A DNA stretch of 64,000 nt, taken from contig CM119384.1 of NCBI GenBank assembly GCA_051294905.1, positions 15,190,001-15,254,000 of the forward strand. The letters run 5' to 3'. Shown piece by piece: positions 25,432-40,286 of the stretch (positions within the stretch are counted from its first letter, which is position 1; each line of letters starts with the position of its first letter). A program made the translations under genes and the position numbers. The notes under the pieces are model-generated. The model saw only the letters and a program-made list of their open reading frames with translations, searched no databases and was not told the DNA's origin. This DNA is from Botryllus schlosseri. Lineage: Eukaryota.

Positions 25432-27613
25432 ACTTCCTTCGAACTATTCCGCCTCGCTACAGCAAGCCAGCGACAAGCAGAATGACAATACCAACTCTAC
25501 CGCGGCTCGAGAACCATTTACTGCGCGGCGATGCTTAATCGCCTCATTAAAGTGTCGCGCGTCGCTTGCAAACGGATGAAACACGCATATTTGCCAGTGG
25601 ATTTCGAGGGATAATCCTGCCTGATTGATGATATTTAGAGAACGAAATGTCAGAGCAGCGCTGCCGCTAGGAGAAACGCGACGCTAAGCTTGGTTCCGGA
25701 GCGATATCAATAACACACAGACCGCGTAAGTGTTATAAAAGGAATTCGGAGCGGTCCGCAATAACCCGATAATGCTATACACCTGTTTCGACATCTTGCA
25801 ACAATATACTCAGATTACCAAATTTATTCCGCCTATTCTTGCAACAATACAACGCGATTTTAGCTATACAAACCTTTCTACTAAATAATCTGATATAATC
25901 TCGACCCTTTTAGCAACGGCACGGTGCACCACTCTGATTAAATCAGCGTCTTAACATGATTGCTTTAACAAGTGCGACCTACAAATGTCAAGTGGGCCAT
26001 GGTTACACTAATCACAATTATAGCGTAATGATTGTATTCAGCGCGAAATCACGGCTTCGGGTTTCAATGCAATGATTGACAGGTCGCGGTTTCGAATCCG
26101 TATGCTCGCGTCGAATGACGTCATCAAAGCTAGCGGTATATATAGCGTATGCACGAGAAACGTATCGGATTCAATGCGTATTGGCGTTTCGCGATTTTCG
26201 CAAATATCTCGCGTTTCTATGTATTTTCACAACATCGATACTAATTCTCCCCGCGTATGCGCGTTGCGGTTACTGTCCGCTTGTCGCGGTGGCCATTGGC
26301 CGTTAGTTCAAACTATTTGAGAGTACGGACTGCCAGGCGGTACCCGCAGTTTACCAGCTACTAGCTAGGAAGCCAATTCAAATTAGCGCGATGTCAGGAA
26401 GGCGGGCCATATTTGCAGGCTTGGCGTATAGTTTGGAATGCACAAATGTCAACGAGAGGAGTGCATCGCTGATACCGAGTGCTCGTGCGCTGCTCTGACA
26501 ATGTAAATTATCCCCTCGTTGCCGAAAATAATTGCCGAATAGTTGGACATGTGCTTGTTTACGAAGGCTACGCAGAGCGTCATTCATAATTTATTATATT
26601 AAATGCGCACCCGTTTTCATTATCAGAATATGAAATGCTCGGCTTGTTAGGAACGTAAATTCGTTTTTGAGGCAGGCGTGCGTTTTTGGTAACACAAAAT
26701 CCAGGCGGCTTGTCCAAAACATTCAGTAAAACCGGCAAGAAGTGTTTTTCGAGATGCGAAATAATCGGACACTCGGGACAGCTCTTACCCGCAGTTACAC
26801 AGTTGTATACCACAGACATTGCAAACAAATTTACGAAAATAGAACAATCAACAACGGCAGGATACAAGAGACTACGGACCGAGATGATTTCCTTGTACTG
26901 TTAACCGTAACTCCGTAATGTACCTCATTTTCCCACAGTCCATTTTACCTCTATTATGCAGTAATAAGTAACACCGGATTTCTCTACTTCATTTCAATTG
27001 ACGATGTTTTAACTTGCTGAGTAACAGACGGATGAAATAAACAGGGCTGTATCTGCTCAACTCTTCCCAGTACGGTATAGAAATTTTGGCCCTCTTCGTA
27101 TCAAGCGCAGCTTTTGTTTCAGCGCTCTTTAGGAAACTCCTAAAACCATAGACGTGATTGCTACACCAAATACGTCACACCAAGGTCATGAACTCCCCTT
27201 ACCCAATATCAAAACTGTGACGTAATATAAAAACAATTGCCTCGTGACGGTGAGCTAACCGCAAAACTGACACACACGAGATTCATTCATTAGCAGCTAC
27301 GGTTTTGTGACGTAAACTATTCGAAACCATACCATATTCAACAACGGCTGAAATTCTACGGCAATTAATGTCAGGAAGAAGCCGGCGTATTGTTACGCCT
27401 GGTCATCGGCCTATACAACGAAATCTACACAAGTTTCCCTTTTATACAGTACTCAAGTCAAACGTAAGATGGCACCTGACGAAATTAAAACCCCTTAAAA
27501 GCCCTACCGCACATGTCGACGGATACACTAATTCAGTCCAATCCCGCGATATCCAGTGACGCATAATCGCCTGGTACAGTTCCACCAGACAGAATGGTAT
27601 GACAAGCGCTTAC

Positions 27614-27652
27614 CGTCTCCTCAAATCAAATCTCTTGTACGACACGACCTCT
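27614..27652 (-). CDS. candidate 39-bp cassette exon (EVVSYKRFDLRR)
   Basis: Acceptor tattactgcag|, donor CG|GTAAGC, phase 2-2, open frame. Confidence 0.4.
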
Positions 27653-29639
27653 CTGCAGTAATACTAATCCTATAGTTTTCGAGCCGGCTTCCCACGACGC
27701 ACGAAAATAATCCGGCCGTCTATTTTTTTCTCATAAATCCACCCGGTAATCTATCGCGGTTTGCTTTGGCTTCGCCGGTGTGAGCGTATCGAGTTGCCAG
27801 ATATCGCTTATGATGGAACTCGCGGCGTGTCAGTTTGAATCTGGGTCGCGAAAAGTATTTTCATTCCGCTTCGCCATATTAGAACATGAAGTAATCGCGA
27901 CAGACCGGGCGGGACCGACTTCACGATATCCGGGTCCTTATTTCGAACTATCGCACTTCAGGAAAAAACAATCTCATCTCCAAAATAGCCGCACGCAAAA
28001 TACTACGTAGTAGGGAGTCGGTCCCTGTGACTGTGGAAATAGCTTCATTCCAGTCACGTATGAACAATTGAACATACGAGATTCTCGCGCCAATTCAGAT
28101 CTGCTTGCGCTCCTGCGATTTAACACAAACCTGCCGAACTAGGAATGCTGGTTTACGGATTCCTCTACATTGCATATTGATCTTATACTACTAAGAAACA
28201 CTTTCTTAACAAGTCTATCGTAACTGACCAATCACCGATTTCCAATAAACTATAACCTATAATACTACAATATAACAACAAATACAGCATCCCGCTACCC
28301 TTCACAATTTGTTGATAATCTCGCATAAATATTACCAGATACCTGAAATACAACCCTGTCAACTCATCTTAGTCAACTAACAATGCGGCTTCGCAGGAGC
28401 TGTTCTGGTAATTGATCAGTGCAAGGTGCTAGAAAACGAGGCGAGTGGAGAACCAAAGTAACAAACAGCTGAAGGCTTATCTCACCAGGCAGTCGCCAAG
28501 GAGATCTAGGCCAGATATATGGCATATTTCTCCGTGTCCGAAGGCTAGAACCCGATACGTGGCTGACCAAACCTGAAAACCTGGAGCACTTTTCCACTCT
28601 AAACATCTCAGCGCCGACCATAATATAAGCTGAGATTTGGGTGCCCGAAATATACAATGGATGAAAAAAAAGGGTGCGAATCATTCACTTAGCGTAGGCT
28701 TACCCGCAAATAGTATTCTGCCTGTAATCTCGGGTTTCTAATCATTTCCTTCCACGCTTCCCATATATAAATTGTGTACATCGCACATATTTGATATTCG
28801 AACACGAGTTCTATACTTAGACATGTTGCTCTATTCGTTAAATCGCATTATAGCAGCTAAACATGGGACTTGAAAAATGCCTGATATCATTGATAGGGGC
28901 CCGCAAAATAGAGATGACAGAGAGATTGATATTATTTTCGAAAAACTCGTGAATAAATCACCAGAAAAATCATCACTTCTACTTCTAGTCGAGTAGAAAT
29001 TTACGAGGTTACTTCTAAGAACCCAAGTCTACTCGAGTATCAACGACGAATACTTTGACCACATCTGCAAATCACGTACTTCCAGTCCAGAGCTCTCGCA
29101 CCCAAAATAAGGAACTCAGCTAAACTTTTTGAGATTATGACAACATCTGATACCTGCACCAAGATAACCGACTGCAATGTTACAAACCCCATATTGAGTG
29201 GAACAAAGTAATAACAGTCGACTGCAGCAAGGCGTCAGAAAAAACGATAGTTCATCTTTTCAAGATAGATTGAAAAATCGGAGGTAAGCATTCCGTGTTG
29301 CACCATCTGGGAAAAACGGTAATTATGGACGCGTTTGAGGCGGCGACCGCGCGAAACAAAGGCGAGTCAGTGGGAATGTGCGTGCGAACACGTAAATGCT
29401 GCCTCTCAATTTTGAGCTCGCAGGAAAACCGGCTACCTTACGTAATCCGTTCAGCTGCGAATCCCCGCGCGATTCGTGTCTGCGAGCTGTCAACGAGCTA
29501 CTAGATTGCCGCGAACGACACTGTCAACTCCACCGCGACAGCAATTCATTTCCTAGGGCCTAGGTAACTGATGCCGCCTTGACTTCGAGTCGTGAGATAG
29601 CATAAGGGTAATGGTCGCGGCGTTTTAACAGGTTTTGAA

Positions 29640-29790
29640 CAAGATAGCGCAATTGCGTGTGTCGGCTATTTGATCGGTAGGTCATGGGTTCAATCCCCAG
29701 CCGTGTCAGACCAAAGACCTGATTAGTAATACTGGTATCCATGACTTCCCATCTTGGCGCTCAGCATTACAGTTACCGGGATAGCATGGA
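29640..29790 (+). mobile_element. tRNA-derived SINE fragment
   Basis: A-box-like GATAGCGCAATTG, B box GGGTTCAATCCC, then CCAAAGAC...CTGGTATCC...CTTGGCGCTCAGCATTA body. Confidence 0.6.
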
Positions 29791-30822
29791 TGGGTGGATT
29801 GGGCGGTGCAAGACTTGAAAAACCTTACAAGAAAGGCTATATCTGCACCTGCCTTGTCCAGCGGCATATGCACATCATGCACTCAGGGTATGCATACGCA
29901 CAGATCGTGAGTATGTATATCATAAGTCGGTGTATATGCCGCAAAAACATCAAGGACAAAAATACATAACGTCCTTTCCTTTCCGTACAACGATACGGTT
30001 CAACAGCATGACTGTGACGCAACAGCGCGATGAGAAGACGTGTTGCGCCATCGCGTGATGGTCATTGTGAAAATTATTAACACCACCGGCGGCGTGTTAA
30101 GCTTCGTAATCTGGTGATCTCGATTTTACAAGTATAGTTTCATTCTCTACCAGGGATAAGCGAGATTGAATCACACCAGATTACAATCGCAAATCAATAT
30201 ATATGACCAATGGAACCGAATCACTAACATTCAATATCTCTTCAGTCTTCACTAAGTGAAGCAAAATAGCAACCCACTAGTATGCCTACTCCAAGAACAA
30301 GTTATCACTACATAAGTCGTATACGCGCGAGGAGAAACGGACAAAGTCTCGACAAGATTTTCCAACTTGAAACAACGGATTTCGGGACTTCCGCTTATTC
30401 GGAACGGATCCAACAATTTAAAGATATCTTCAGAGGGGTGATTACAGGCTACTTGGGTGGATCACAAAACCGCATGCTACACTTCCATATCACACCCCCA
30501 TATAGACTTTAATTAGGAACGAAATTATTAAATCAGGAACAAAATTAGGATCGCCCACCATAAAATCACTTCTTCCATATCAAATGCACAATATCGATAT
30601 CGATACGGTACAAAAATCGACAAGAGACTGTACGAAATTATCAAATTGACTGACTCTGCTAGAATACGTGCTAGAACAATTCAACCTAAGCATTTCCAGA
30701 ATGCTACTGCTTCAAGACATATCTGAGGGTTATAGTTGCAGATTGAAAATGATTCCAGTCAGTTGAATTGATTGAGTTCCACGTCGCTCAGGAAAGTTTA
30801 ATAACAGATCAACGATTGCATT

Positions 30823-30893
30823 AATACCGCTCTAGCGCAGAAACATGGGATCCAGATGCAATACCGCTCTAGCGCAGAAACATGGGATCCAGA
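30823..30893 (+). repeat. 37-bp-period tandem duplication
   Basis: AATACCGCTCTAGCGCAGAAACATGGGATCCAGA x2. Confidence 0.95.
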
Positions 30894-32226
30894 GAACAAT
30901 GTAGGCTACGTTTCGGCTATCGTTAAGCCAGTCATAAATACCAGCCAAGTACCATAATATATACTTTACCACTGCACTATATTTTCTGAGTGTGTTCTAT
31001 TTGCGTTTCGGAACACTATTCAAACAGACTCAACGTAATTTATCCAAGATATCATCAAATGAACGACTCAAGGATCTGGAATCACAGTTGTCGGAAGCGA
31101 TACAACGACATCGGGCGTTGCGATCAAACATTCCCGACGAGTTCGTTTGTGGCATAACAATTTAGCGAGAGCTGCATTCCCAAGGTGCCAAGAATATAAA
31201 AAATCCCTGAAGATTTAGCAGCGGTAACCAGTTCGACATTCCGAACATAAAAGGCGCTTTGTAGAATTGCACGATTCCCCTTGCGTGTAAGGCGTTGCGT
31301 GTTTGAAGATGACTTTACAAGAGTTATTTTATATGTCATTGCTCCATTCACGACGCATCTCCATATAGGCCTACTGTTTACGCTACTTCAAAACACCTGT
31401 TGACTATGGCCACGAAAAGCGGACTGCATTTAATTTCACACACCAGGAACGCTAAATTAGGCGCAGAGTGTTATACTATACTTTTTAAAGGCCAGGAAAG
31501 AGCATATGTCCAAACGCACTTCAAAATTACGAAGCCGGGGAAAATTTGGTCATTCTCAGTGCACAGCCTACGAAACTGAGCTTAATGCCAGAACAAACTT
31601 CGCTAAACGCTGAGTCGCGGACCTCGACTAATAAGAATAACGTCCTGCGAAGAACACTACGCACGATGCAGAGAAACTAATATTTGTGCTAGAAACAGCA
31701 AGTTTGCAGGCATACGGGTGTCAATTTCTCTTCCACCATTAAAACGGAATCACTTTCAACCAGGAGGTAGCGTGCAGTGAGGGGGTACTTTCTGTAGACT
31801 CAAAGTACTGTACAAGCTACAGTAATCAGAATCCGCTACAGCCCTAGGACACATCTCCACAACTATGGTCAATGGTCATATCTGACTCGATTTTACCTGT
31901 CGAAATGGGTATAAAAGCATACTAGGTACTAGAAAGTTCCGATGACCTGATTTGCACCCGATGGTCGAAATCCCCAAATACACCTATTTGGCACCCAGCG
32001 TTATGGTGAGAATCTCGGAAATACACCCACGTTGCGCCCTACAGTAGGATGGAAATCCGACAAACCAATTACTCATCAGTGACCCAGTATGATCTCAAAT
32101 CGCGTTTCAAATACGCCAATTCACGATACAGCGCAGCTCACTGCCAGATTCAACAGATCGCGTTCACAAATCCCACTCTATATACGCCGGATCACACAAC
32201 TCCTAACGGACCAAACAAAAACTCAC

Positions 32227-32990
32227 CGCGCGTTTAAATCCCCGCCTTTCGAACCGCTCTTCCTACTCCATGGAAACAACGGCAGCGTCCAAGACGACGC
32301 GGACCTTTTCTTCGTGGACCCGCGCTTTTTGGGCCTTCCTTCCTCCGCCCGCTGTTCCTCCACCAGATCCGGAGTCGATCTCTTAAACAGGCTCAGGGAC
32401 GACGACGCGTCACGCTTGATCGAGAACACCGCGGGCATAGAACGCCGCCTGCCGGAAGGTCTCTCCACAGACAGCCTACCGGGCTCAATCCCGTCGTCCC
32501 GGCTTCGGCTTAAAGCAGCCCCGTCCACGTCCTCGATTACAAACTGCAGACAGCGTTGTTTGTCCATTTTTAGCGGCTTAGGCTTCGTGTCGTTAAGGGG
32601 CACGCGCGTAGGCTTGCTACGACGGCCCGAGTCTTCGTCAGGCACGTAAAACGTCACGTCTGTGGAAGACCCCGATTGTCTCTTGCTTCTGCTTTTGTTG
32701 CGTATGCGCAACGCTTTCGGTAGATTTTCAGACGACTTCGGACGCGGCCTGTCCGATCTAATTGCGGGCGGAGAAGGCAATCGGCCGCGCTGGTCTTTTA
32801 CGGCAGCGCAAATATTGACGTTAAGCGCCGAGACGCACCGTCTCTCTTCGTTGAGAGCTTCGCAACAGCTGTCTTCGTCCGACACCCGAGAACTGATGGA
32901 ATTCGCCCGCTTGCGTCGGTTCCCCACAAACTTTTGGTAGCATCCCACGTCCGGAGAGCTCGGGACTCTTTCGCCTACGCGGCCAGCCAT
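32227..32990 (-). CDS. large alternative first exon (254 aa, basic/Ser-rich, probably disordered)
   Basis: ORF from ATG 32990 ends at donor CG|GTGAGT (phase 2); GC-rich coding-like patch. Confidence 0.85.
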
Positions 32991-35370
32991 TGGGATTACG
33001 AATCGCCAGTCTGACTAACTAACTAACGTACCGTGTAACTACGCCAGACACCTGTCGATTTGCCACACAAATGTACGTTGATGTAATCCCGCGGGATGGT
33101 TTGTTATACAGGATGATTTTGCGTTTTGAAACGCAAGATTTATATTCGTAATTAATCAATCAACGCGCGTAAGTCAAGACCCCGCGAGTATTTATGACAA
33201 TATGAGTAATAAGATCAATCGTGGTAAGGTCGTCGTGTAACAAGCAACGACACGTCGTGTCGACCATAAAATCCGAAGTGTCAGACGCTATATATTTCGG
33301 TCTACTACGCTTCTGCGGATAATCTTTCGCGTAACCGGTCTTTAATATTCGCCAAATCGCGCTGGACACGGTAAAACTGACACCAGACAAGTAAAACTTC
33401 TTCCGACACTGTACGCTTACTGTTTCGATAATAATTCAAACCCGGTATAAGGTCAGGATCTGCGGATGATATTTTGTCCACAGTGAATTATACACATTTT
33501 CCGTGGTGCGATACAAATACCTTTAATGTGGAGTTTTTTACGGACTGTGTTGGCACAACGCACGCGCAGCAAGTAATATCCGTTTCAAAAACTAATGATC
33601 CTGATATAACGAAACGATCCACTCGCAGGGTTCATCAAACATGTATGAATCAGAAGGTCGTTCGTATCGCTATCGATTTTAAACAAACATGACGGCTATA
33701 AACTCCGGTAACGGTCGTTGACAGCGTAAGATCATCTCGGATACGATAATCCACAACATATAACGATCAACAGCGTAACAACAAACGGCGCAGGGTAACA
33801 GTGCCGACGCGGGGACTTCAGTTCGTTCGCGGTCACTCCGAGCCATACCGCAATTTGTGGTACAACAAACGCCAGAAAGCGAGCCGCGAATACCAGTTGT
33901 TATCATGCGTCATACTTCGAGAATTAATGCCACCAGAATATTCTGAGCTTATTACCAAACACCAAGGGAGTGTTATTACCATAACTACCGGCACTACCGC
34001 TCGTCATCCACCACCGCCGTTCTAATATCAGATTAATCATCGCACCAGCAGACGGCCACATTTGGTTCACAGTGTGTCCGCACCTGCCATGAACGATGAA
34101 TTTCTGTTGCTGGAGTCCTCAAAACGGCCTATGATTACTATTTCGTGACTTATCAACCAACTCATGCATAATCATAATCATACGGATCTATTATTTTCAT
34201 CCGGTCAAGACACATAATGTACAATACGGTACTTCGAATGTGACTTGCGTGCGTATACGCCAGAACACTGGCAATATTTAGCCTTCCGTTTCGTTTTCAA
34301 GCAGATATATTTGCTTTAACGATGCTAATCTAGTCCCCGTATACTCCCATCACTTATCGGGTAAACTATACAACGTAACACTCCCGTCAACACATAGTAA
34401 CAGCAAACCGCGTATCTATACGCAGCGCCACCCGCAAAGCATAACCGCCGCGAGACCTATCTGCAATGAAGGGAATTATCAACTCGCCCAACGCTATCAA
34501 TCAAAGACAAGCAGAAAGATCATTGCCGCAAGTAACCTTTCTCGTCTACCACCGATCAACGTCTCGTGGGAACGCACCGGGGATAACCTTACTCCAATAA
34601 TGCCCGTCGTATATAAATGCTCGGGATGTAACGTATATCCGTGCTACCGCAGCGTTCGCTATATCGCACCTATACGAAATTAGTGGTTGGCACGATGCGT
34701 CACAAATTGTACTTGCAGTGTACTGTGCCCTGTACAGTGTACAATGGTTCTTACAATTAGACAGGACATGCATTTTACTATGGCGTATGATATTATCCCA
34801 AATAATTCCACGGGTCACTGCGTTAATACGCCTAAAAAGTTTGTGGCACGCAATTCTCCCTTAATTATGCACGCAAGAAAGGCTCACGGAGCGGCGTAAA
34901 ATCGATGTCGTCTCGGCAACGAGGGTGTTGTTTCGTCACAGAGTTACCCGCGCTCGCGACTAGATGCGTTTTAATATATTAGCGAGGGGATAATAATACT
35001 CGTATGCTGGACGCATGAAATAGATCTGTCATCGTGAATCGATACGCTGCGAATTATAGATATGGAGCTAGCTTGTAGCTTCATATCATAGCGGACAATC
35101 GGAATGGACAGTTGGACACTACAACATTACAATTGTTAAGCTTCCCCTAAAGGCAGATTTAGACAGGATTTATTGATGTTTACAATGGTCAAGGATAGTT
35201 ATATCGGTGTAAAATGCTACCGACATTGATTTACCGCGTATTTACCGAACCAATATCAATGTAACACTCTGACCCACCATAGACGTAGGACATGCTGCAC
35301 GATCAGAAACAAAGCGATAAAACCAACGCCTCAACTTTGTGACTGGCTCAACACGGAATTGACACTAATA

Positions 35371-35685
35371 CAATGGTTCTCAACCCGGGGGCGCGCCCCC
35401 CTTGGGGGGGCGTGAAACATTTGAAGGGGGCGCAAAGAAGCAGTCACCTGAAAAAAATTTTCGCGCTCTGCGCGATTTATCTCCAATGCACGCGTGTTTC
35501 TCTCTATATGGACCCAATTTCATATATTTTTATTCTCTCATCAATATTCATAACCGTCCATACCACCAAACAATCTGTTGGGGTTGCTAGCATCCCGGTT
35601 GGCTTTTGTGATATGACGATAAGGGGGCGCGAAATTTTCACTATCAAAAAGGGGGGCGTGTCTAAAAAAAGGTTGAGAACCACTG
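35371..35685. mobile_element. hAT (Charlie-like) MITE
   Basis: CAATGGTTCTCAACC...GGTTGAGAACCACTG termini; 8-bp TSD CACTAATA. Confidence 0.9.
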
Positions 35686-38600
35686 CACTAATAGATGCGA
35701 CAAAGGATATTGACGCCACGTCATAACAAAGTCATTTTCCGATCCAAAATGTCAAGAGTTGCTGTATCTCAAAGGGCTGGTTTTTGCGATCAATAAAACA
35801 ACGCCAGAAGATCGTTGCGAGAGAGATATGATGTCGCAAAATCGTGGCGCGTTTAGAATTGGGGGAGTAAGCGACATTGACCCCGTGTGAAGTTACAATT
35901 TCCAGTGGATTGTGGACCTGAATGTCGAGGAAAGTACTCGGCGAATTGTTGTCAGACCTTGGAATTCAATCATATGGAGCGCGGTATAACTCGATTGTTC
36001 GCAATTCTACGACGTTTTTCGCATCACGCGTGACTCAAGTTCATAGCGGGTTGAAAACTGAAAGTGGATCAAACTATTCCGATTGAATAAATTATACAAA
36101 CATGTTAGTAAAGTGATCTGAATCTACCACCAAATTCGGTTGAGACACATCACGAATTTGCGCTACTATACTCATCCAATACGGTATACAGTAAGGGCAA
36201 ATATCAAGTTATTTGCAGTTAATAAAGTGACAAGTAGTCGCGAAACGGATAAAACACACGCTATTGCCCGACAACCAACGTGTACGATTTGCAAAACGCC
36301 AGGCGCTAATTGACAAGGCCGCGAATGCTCAGTATCAGTGAGTCACACGGAACGCAGAGATTCAGCAAATTTTTGCGTGACGCTTGGATCGAGTCCAGAA
36401 AAATATTTATGAATTATCATCACCGCCTGCTACATGTAACGAAGAGCTTACAAAGTTGAACTGATGAAATAGTTGACGAACGGCTGGGACACAGAGATAT
36501 ATATCGGACACGGATGCGTCATCCATCTCGACAGATCATTTCTACCATATCAGCGCGGTCTGTCAAAAAAATTAAGATCAGCCACGACGGGATACGCGCG
36601 ATAATCGGTCGAAATCAAAATTCGCGGTCGCAAACAGACGAAAATATCCATCCGAACGGGCGATGGAGAATTGCGCGTGGATTATTACGAGAAATAACAA
36701 CCCGTCGCCGTAAACAAAGTTGCTAGATCAGAGCGGCTGTTGGAAAATCCGACGCTACATCTCGCTTAGCGAGAGAACTGCTGAAAGTGGGCGGTACTAC
36801 AAGGGGTCAGCTCAGGAACCAGCCAAGGAATATCAGCCTGGTGTGAATGAACATAGCAGTCGAAACTCCACGAATATGTTATAACAGCAACCAAACCAAG
36901 TCCCGCGATCCGCTTTGTGTTGAAGCGATCAATTGTATGGTTCTCTACTCACTAGCGAACGGACATTGCTCAATTTCGTCACGTTTCGTAGATATGTGCG
37001 AATCGCACCATACGCGCTGAAGTAATCTAAAGAGCTGTATTAACATGGCACGCAAATCCAAATACCACCCGTGGACATATTGGCATGCGACCTTAATAGC
37101 ACACGACATTGGAGCGTTTGGTGAAATTTAGGGAAAGGGTTTTGGGTAAGAGTTAATTTCGGGATTAGGGTAAGTTGTAACGGTGTAAAGTCGCCCGCTC
37201 AACTGTCGTTCTTCATTGTGCCGCATGCTCTAACGTCGGACAGCCCCACATATGTTGGTTGCTATTGTTAGGAGTTAAAGATGGCATGAGAGAAACTGCC
37301 GATAAGACAAATTCCTCGTGGGAACAACCTATACAGAGTCAAATATGCTTTCGAACTGCCCTATTTAACAATAAAATTTATTTTAAACTACGCATTTTTC
37401 CATTTTTAACGGCACCTGCACATACAACTCAATCTGTCCCGAACCGAAATATATCTTACATCCCACGCAAATAGCCGATACCGATATTCCTCAAATCCAC
37501 GACATCTGTGCCGATATATCATATGTCCTCACCCATTTTCCTCGCGTATACCTTATCGATGTACTATCACTGATCTCATCGACGCTAGCAAATAAAACGC
37601 TCCCTGAAAATACCTCTCCACTTCTAAACGAGACGGTCAACGCCAAGTCTTAATTGCTGTCGGCATACAGCATTGCGCCAGAATAACCCAACGATTATAA
37701 TGAGTTCTTCAACGACACTGCCTTCGACAAAGAACAGACGTTTCGCAGCTACTACCTGACGGCCGCATTAGCACTTCGTCAGGAGCGATAATTTCACAAT
37801 GACATACTTCGGGAAATAAACAAATTGATCGAAATTCGAAACGACCCGAGCAATAACAGCGGCAGACAATTACGCGTCCGGGAAGTTGAAAAACGTTGTG
37901 TAGCGATTTCGCGAAGACTAACCGTAACGCATCCAATAATAGAGATTGAATCATGCATAGGATGCAGAAACCAGACTTCGCCAACTATAGATAATTCTAT
38001 TTGTCTAATTTCGCTAGTTGGAGCAAAACGCCGGTAAAATATTTCTAATTCTAATCGAACTTCTTGTTCTCTTTAAAATGCTACAGGAGCACTCAGGGAT
38101 ATCTATAACTCCTTCTAGATATCCATTCCCTGCATAGTGTGAAACGAGCCAAGCTTGTTGAACAGACATTTTCCATTCTCTGCTTATGTGAGAGAGAGAG
38201 AATGTGAATGGACCCTGATTCGATACGAACTGAATTATTGAGTTTCCAAGTTTTCACGAATTCAGTAATTGCAATTCCAATCTAATTTGAAAATAATGTG
38301 TTAATCCAATTCTATTTCAAAATAATTTGAAAAGCTGAAAATTTTTCAATTGTCCAACTCTCGAATTTCACCGACATGGAAACGAGCCAAACCGGGGGAT
38401 GAGGCTTTTTCACTCGAAATTTTGGATTCTATACTCCGCAGCGTAACAGTGGCCCGATATCGTCTACTCATTATTTCAAAATTTTGGTATTTCACATGTC
38501 TTTATTTATTGGCATACGGCGAACCGACATATAGATTCCCGAAGCATTGGCATTGCGAGTTGGAACTAACAGCCATCCGTGCGCCGCATACTTGCATTAG

Positions 38601-39865
38601 CACAGATGTGCGTAATTGCAGCTTGGAGGACGCCGTGACACCACGGTGTTCACGGAGCCCGCCGCTTACGATTCGGGAAATATATTTCAAAATCGCCGAC
38701 GCTTGGATCGACAACACAACCTTCGAGACGACTCTTGAATCATCGATCATAAGCGCTAACCGAATTTGAAATGATTCACGGCGGCCACAGATCGGATTTG
38801 TAATCGAGCTAGGTTCTTAATGAAACCAAGTGACAAGAATACGCGCGTACATCACAGGCTAAACCTCGCCATGACTAAGACAAGCCACAAACCCGCGTCC
38901 CACCATGAATCCAACGAAAACAGCCGTTACGGCCTTGGCGCAGTTAAAATTAGACAGAAAATCGCATTACGACAAACTATACAAGTGCAACACCAGGATT
39001 ACACGAGTACAATCCCCATAGACTGGCAGATAGAGAAATTTAACAAGTTTTTTTATGCTTTTCTAGTATTTGCGATGTTTCGACTACATTCTCCATTTTA
39101 CACAAGGCCGGTACTCGTTACTATAATTTATTCAACACAATGCAATTTCACACGAGCAAAATTTCCAATTCCAATCGTAACGGGACACCCATCGCCCCCG
39201 ATTGCACCGCGCGCCATTGAGGAAAACGCAAAAGACGGTCCCAGGTGTCCTATTTCCACAGGGGCTTGTTCGCACGCACGGGTGGATTAGCTTTTCAGAC
39301 GCATGTCGAAATCGAAAGTTTAGGATTTCGGGAATGATAGCCGGGAGATACGTAAAATAAATTGAGCTACTGTACCAACGAGATCAGACGGATTACAAGC
39401 GCCAGTCTATGTAGTGTGAGAATGTATTCTGTGCTGGCACCCGACAAATGGATATCCTAATAACCAGCAGGCATACATACAAACTAGCACGGAAGGCTAA
39501 TTTAATACCCCCTAAACAAACACAGTGGGACTGGAACAAAGTACTCCTACCTTTACGACCCGAATAGGTTTTGCTTTCACATACACGCACTTGGTTATGT
39601 TTATAGACTTACGTCCACTTTTACAGTTTTTGACGCTTTCTAAACTTTGGATTTTGTAAAGCAAAAAATAGTTTTGATATATTTTGTAAATCGCTACTTA
39701 TACTGGTAATTTAGAGGACAATTACGGCGTTACTTCCACACAGTGATGAATATTTCAAACTACAATATCACGACAAACTTCATTTAATGTTGTAACGAGT
39801 CATCGACGACACAGGACAATTGATAATTATATTATATTATATCAAGTCGATTTTTTCGGATCCAC

Positions 39866-40286
39866 GGGTTGCATTTAAAAATACTAATTTAAAACAAACA
39901 TGTTAAAACAAGGCCCATCTTTTTATTGTTGTTGTTTTTTAAGCCATGACGTCACGAATATTCAGTTGTGAATGTGACTTCATAGTGGAGTGGCATTGGC
40001 AATTTAAAATACAGGGTAAATATAGCTCCCTTGGCGAAATATCTATACGTACTGTAGCTGTTGAACGGACTATTTGGAGGGCTCCAACCATCCCATTCAT
40101 CGTATGCGTCTGCTCTAGCGGGTGATAATCGTCAGTCGGCTCATACAAGATGTTTTTTGGAAAGCATTTACACAATCATGGCATAATTTCACAACTTGGA
40201 AAAAACACAATTTTTTTTAAAGGCCCTTGTTTAAAACATGTTTTAAACAAAGTGTTTTAGGATACCGTTTGTTTTAAATGCAACCC
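39866..40286. mobile_element. second copy of the 44339 MITE family, same orientation
   Basis: GGGTTGCATTTAAAA...TTTTAAATGCAACCC and a homologous interior; TSD not recognisable. Confidence 0.85.

Noticed and set aside
24911-25579. Plus-strand 222-aa ORF
   Set aside because: Made of a CTACTT-rich repeat plus the antisense of the 25431 exon; no recognisable domain
20468-28710. Other minus-strand donors (about 20476, 22506, 24469, 26788, 28483, 28702)
   Set aside because: Wrong phase, only 2-5 codons, or no good acceptor/ATG; some could be non-coding leaders
30282-30700. Possible LTR-retrotransposon pol remnant (FKDIFRGVITGYLG)
   Set aside because: Similarity too weak; no RT or integrase motifs and no LTRs
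32089-32940. Plus-strand ORFs of 186 and 92 aa
   Set aside because: Antisense shadows of the GC-rich 32990 exon
37730-37790. CTGACGA...GAAACGTC hammerhead-like string
   Set aside because: No stem I complementarity; similar partial hits near 24900 and 60100 fail too
38350-39290. Plus-strand ORFs of 139 and 156 aa
   Set aside because: No motif, splice context or coding-like composition; probably chance
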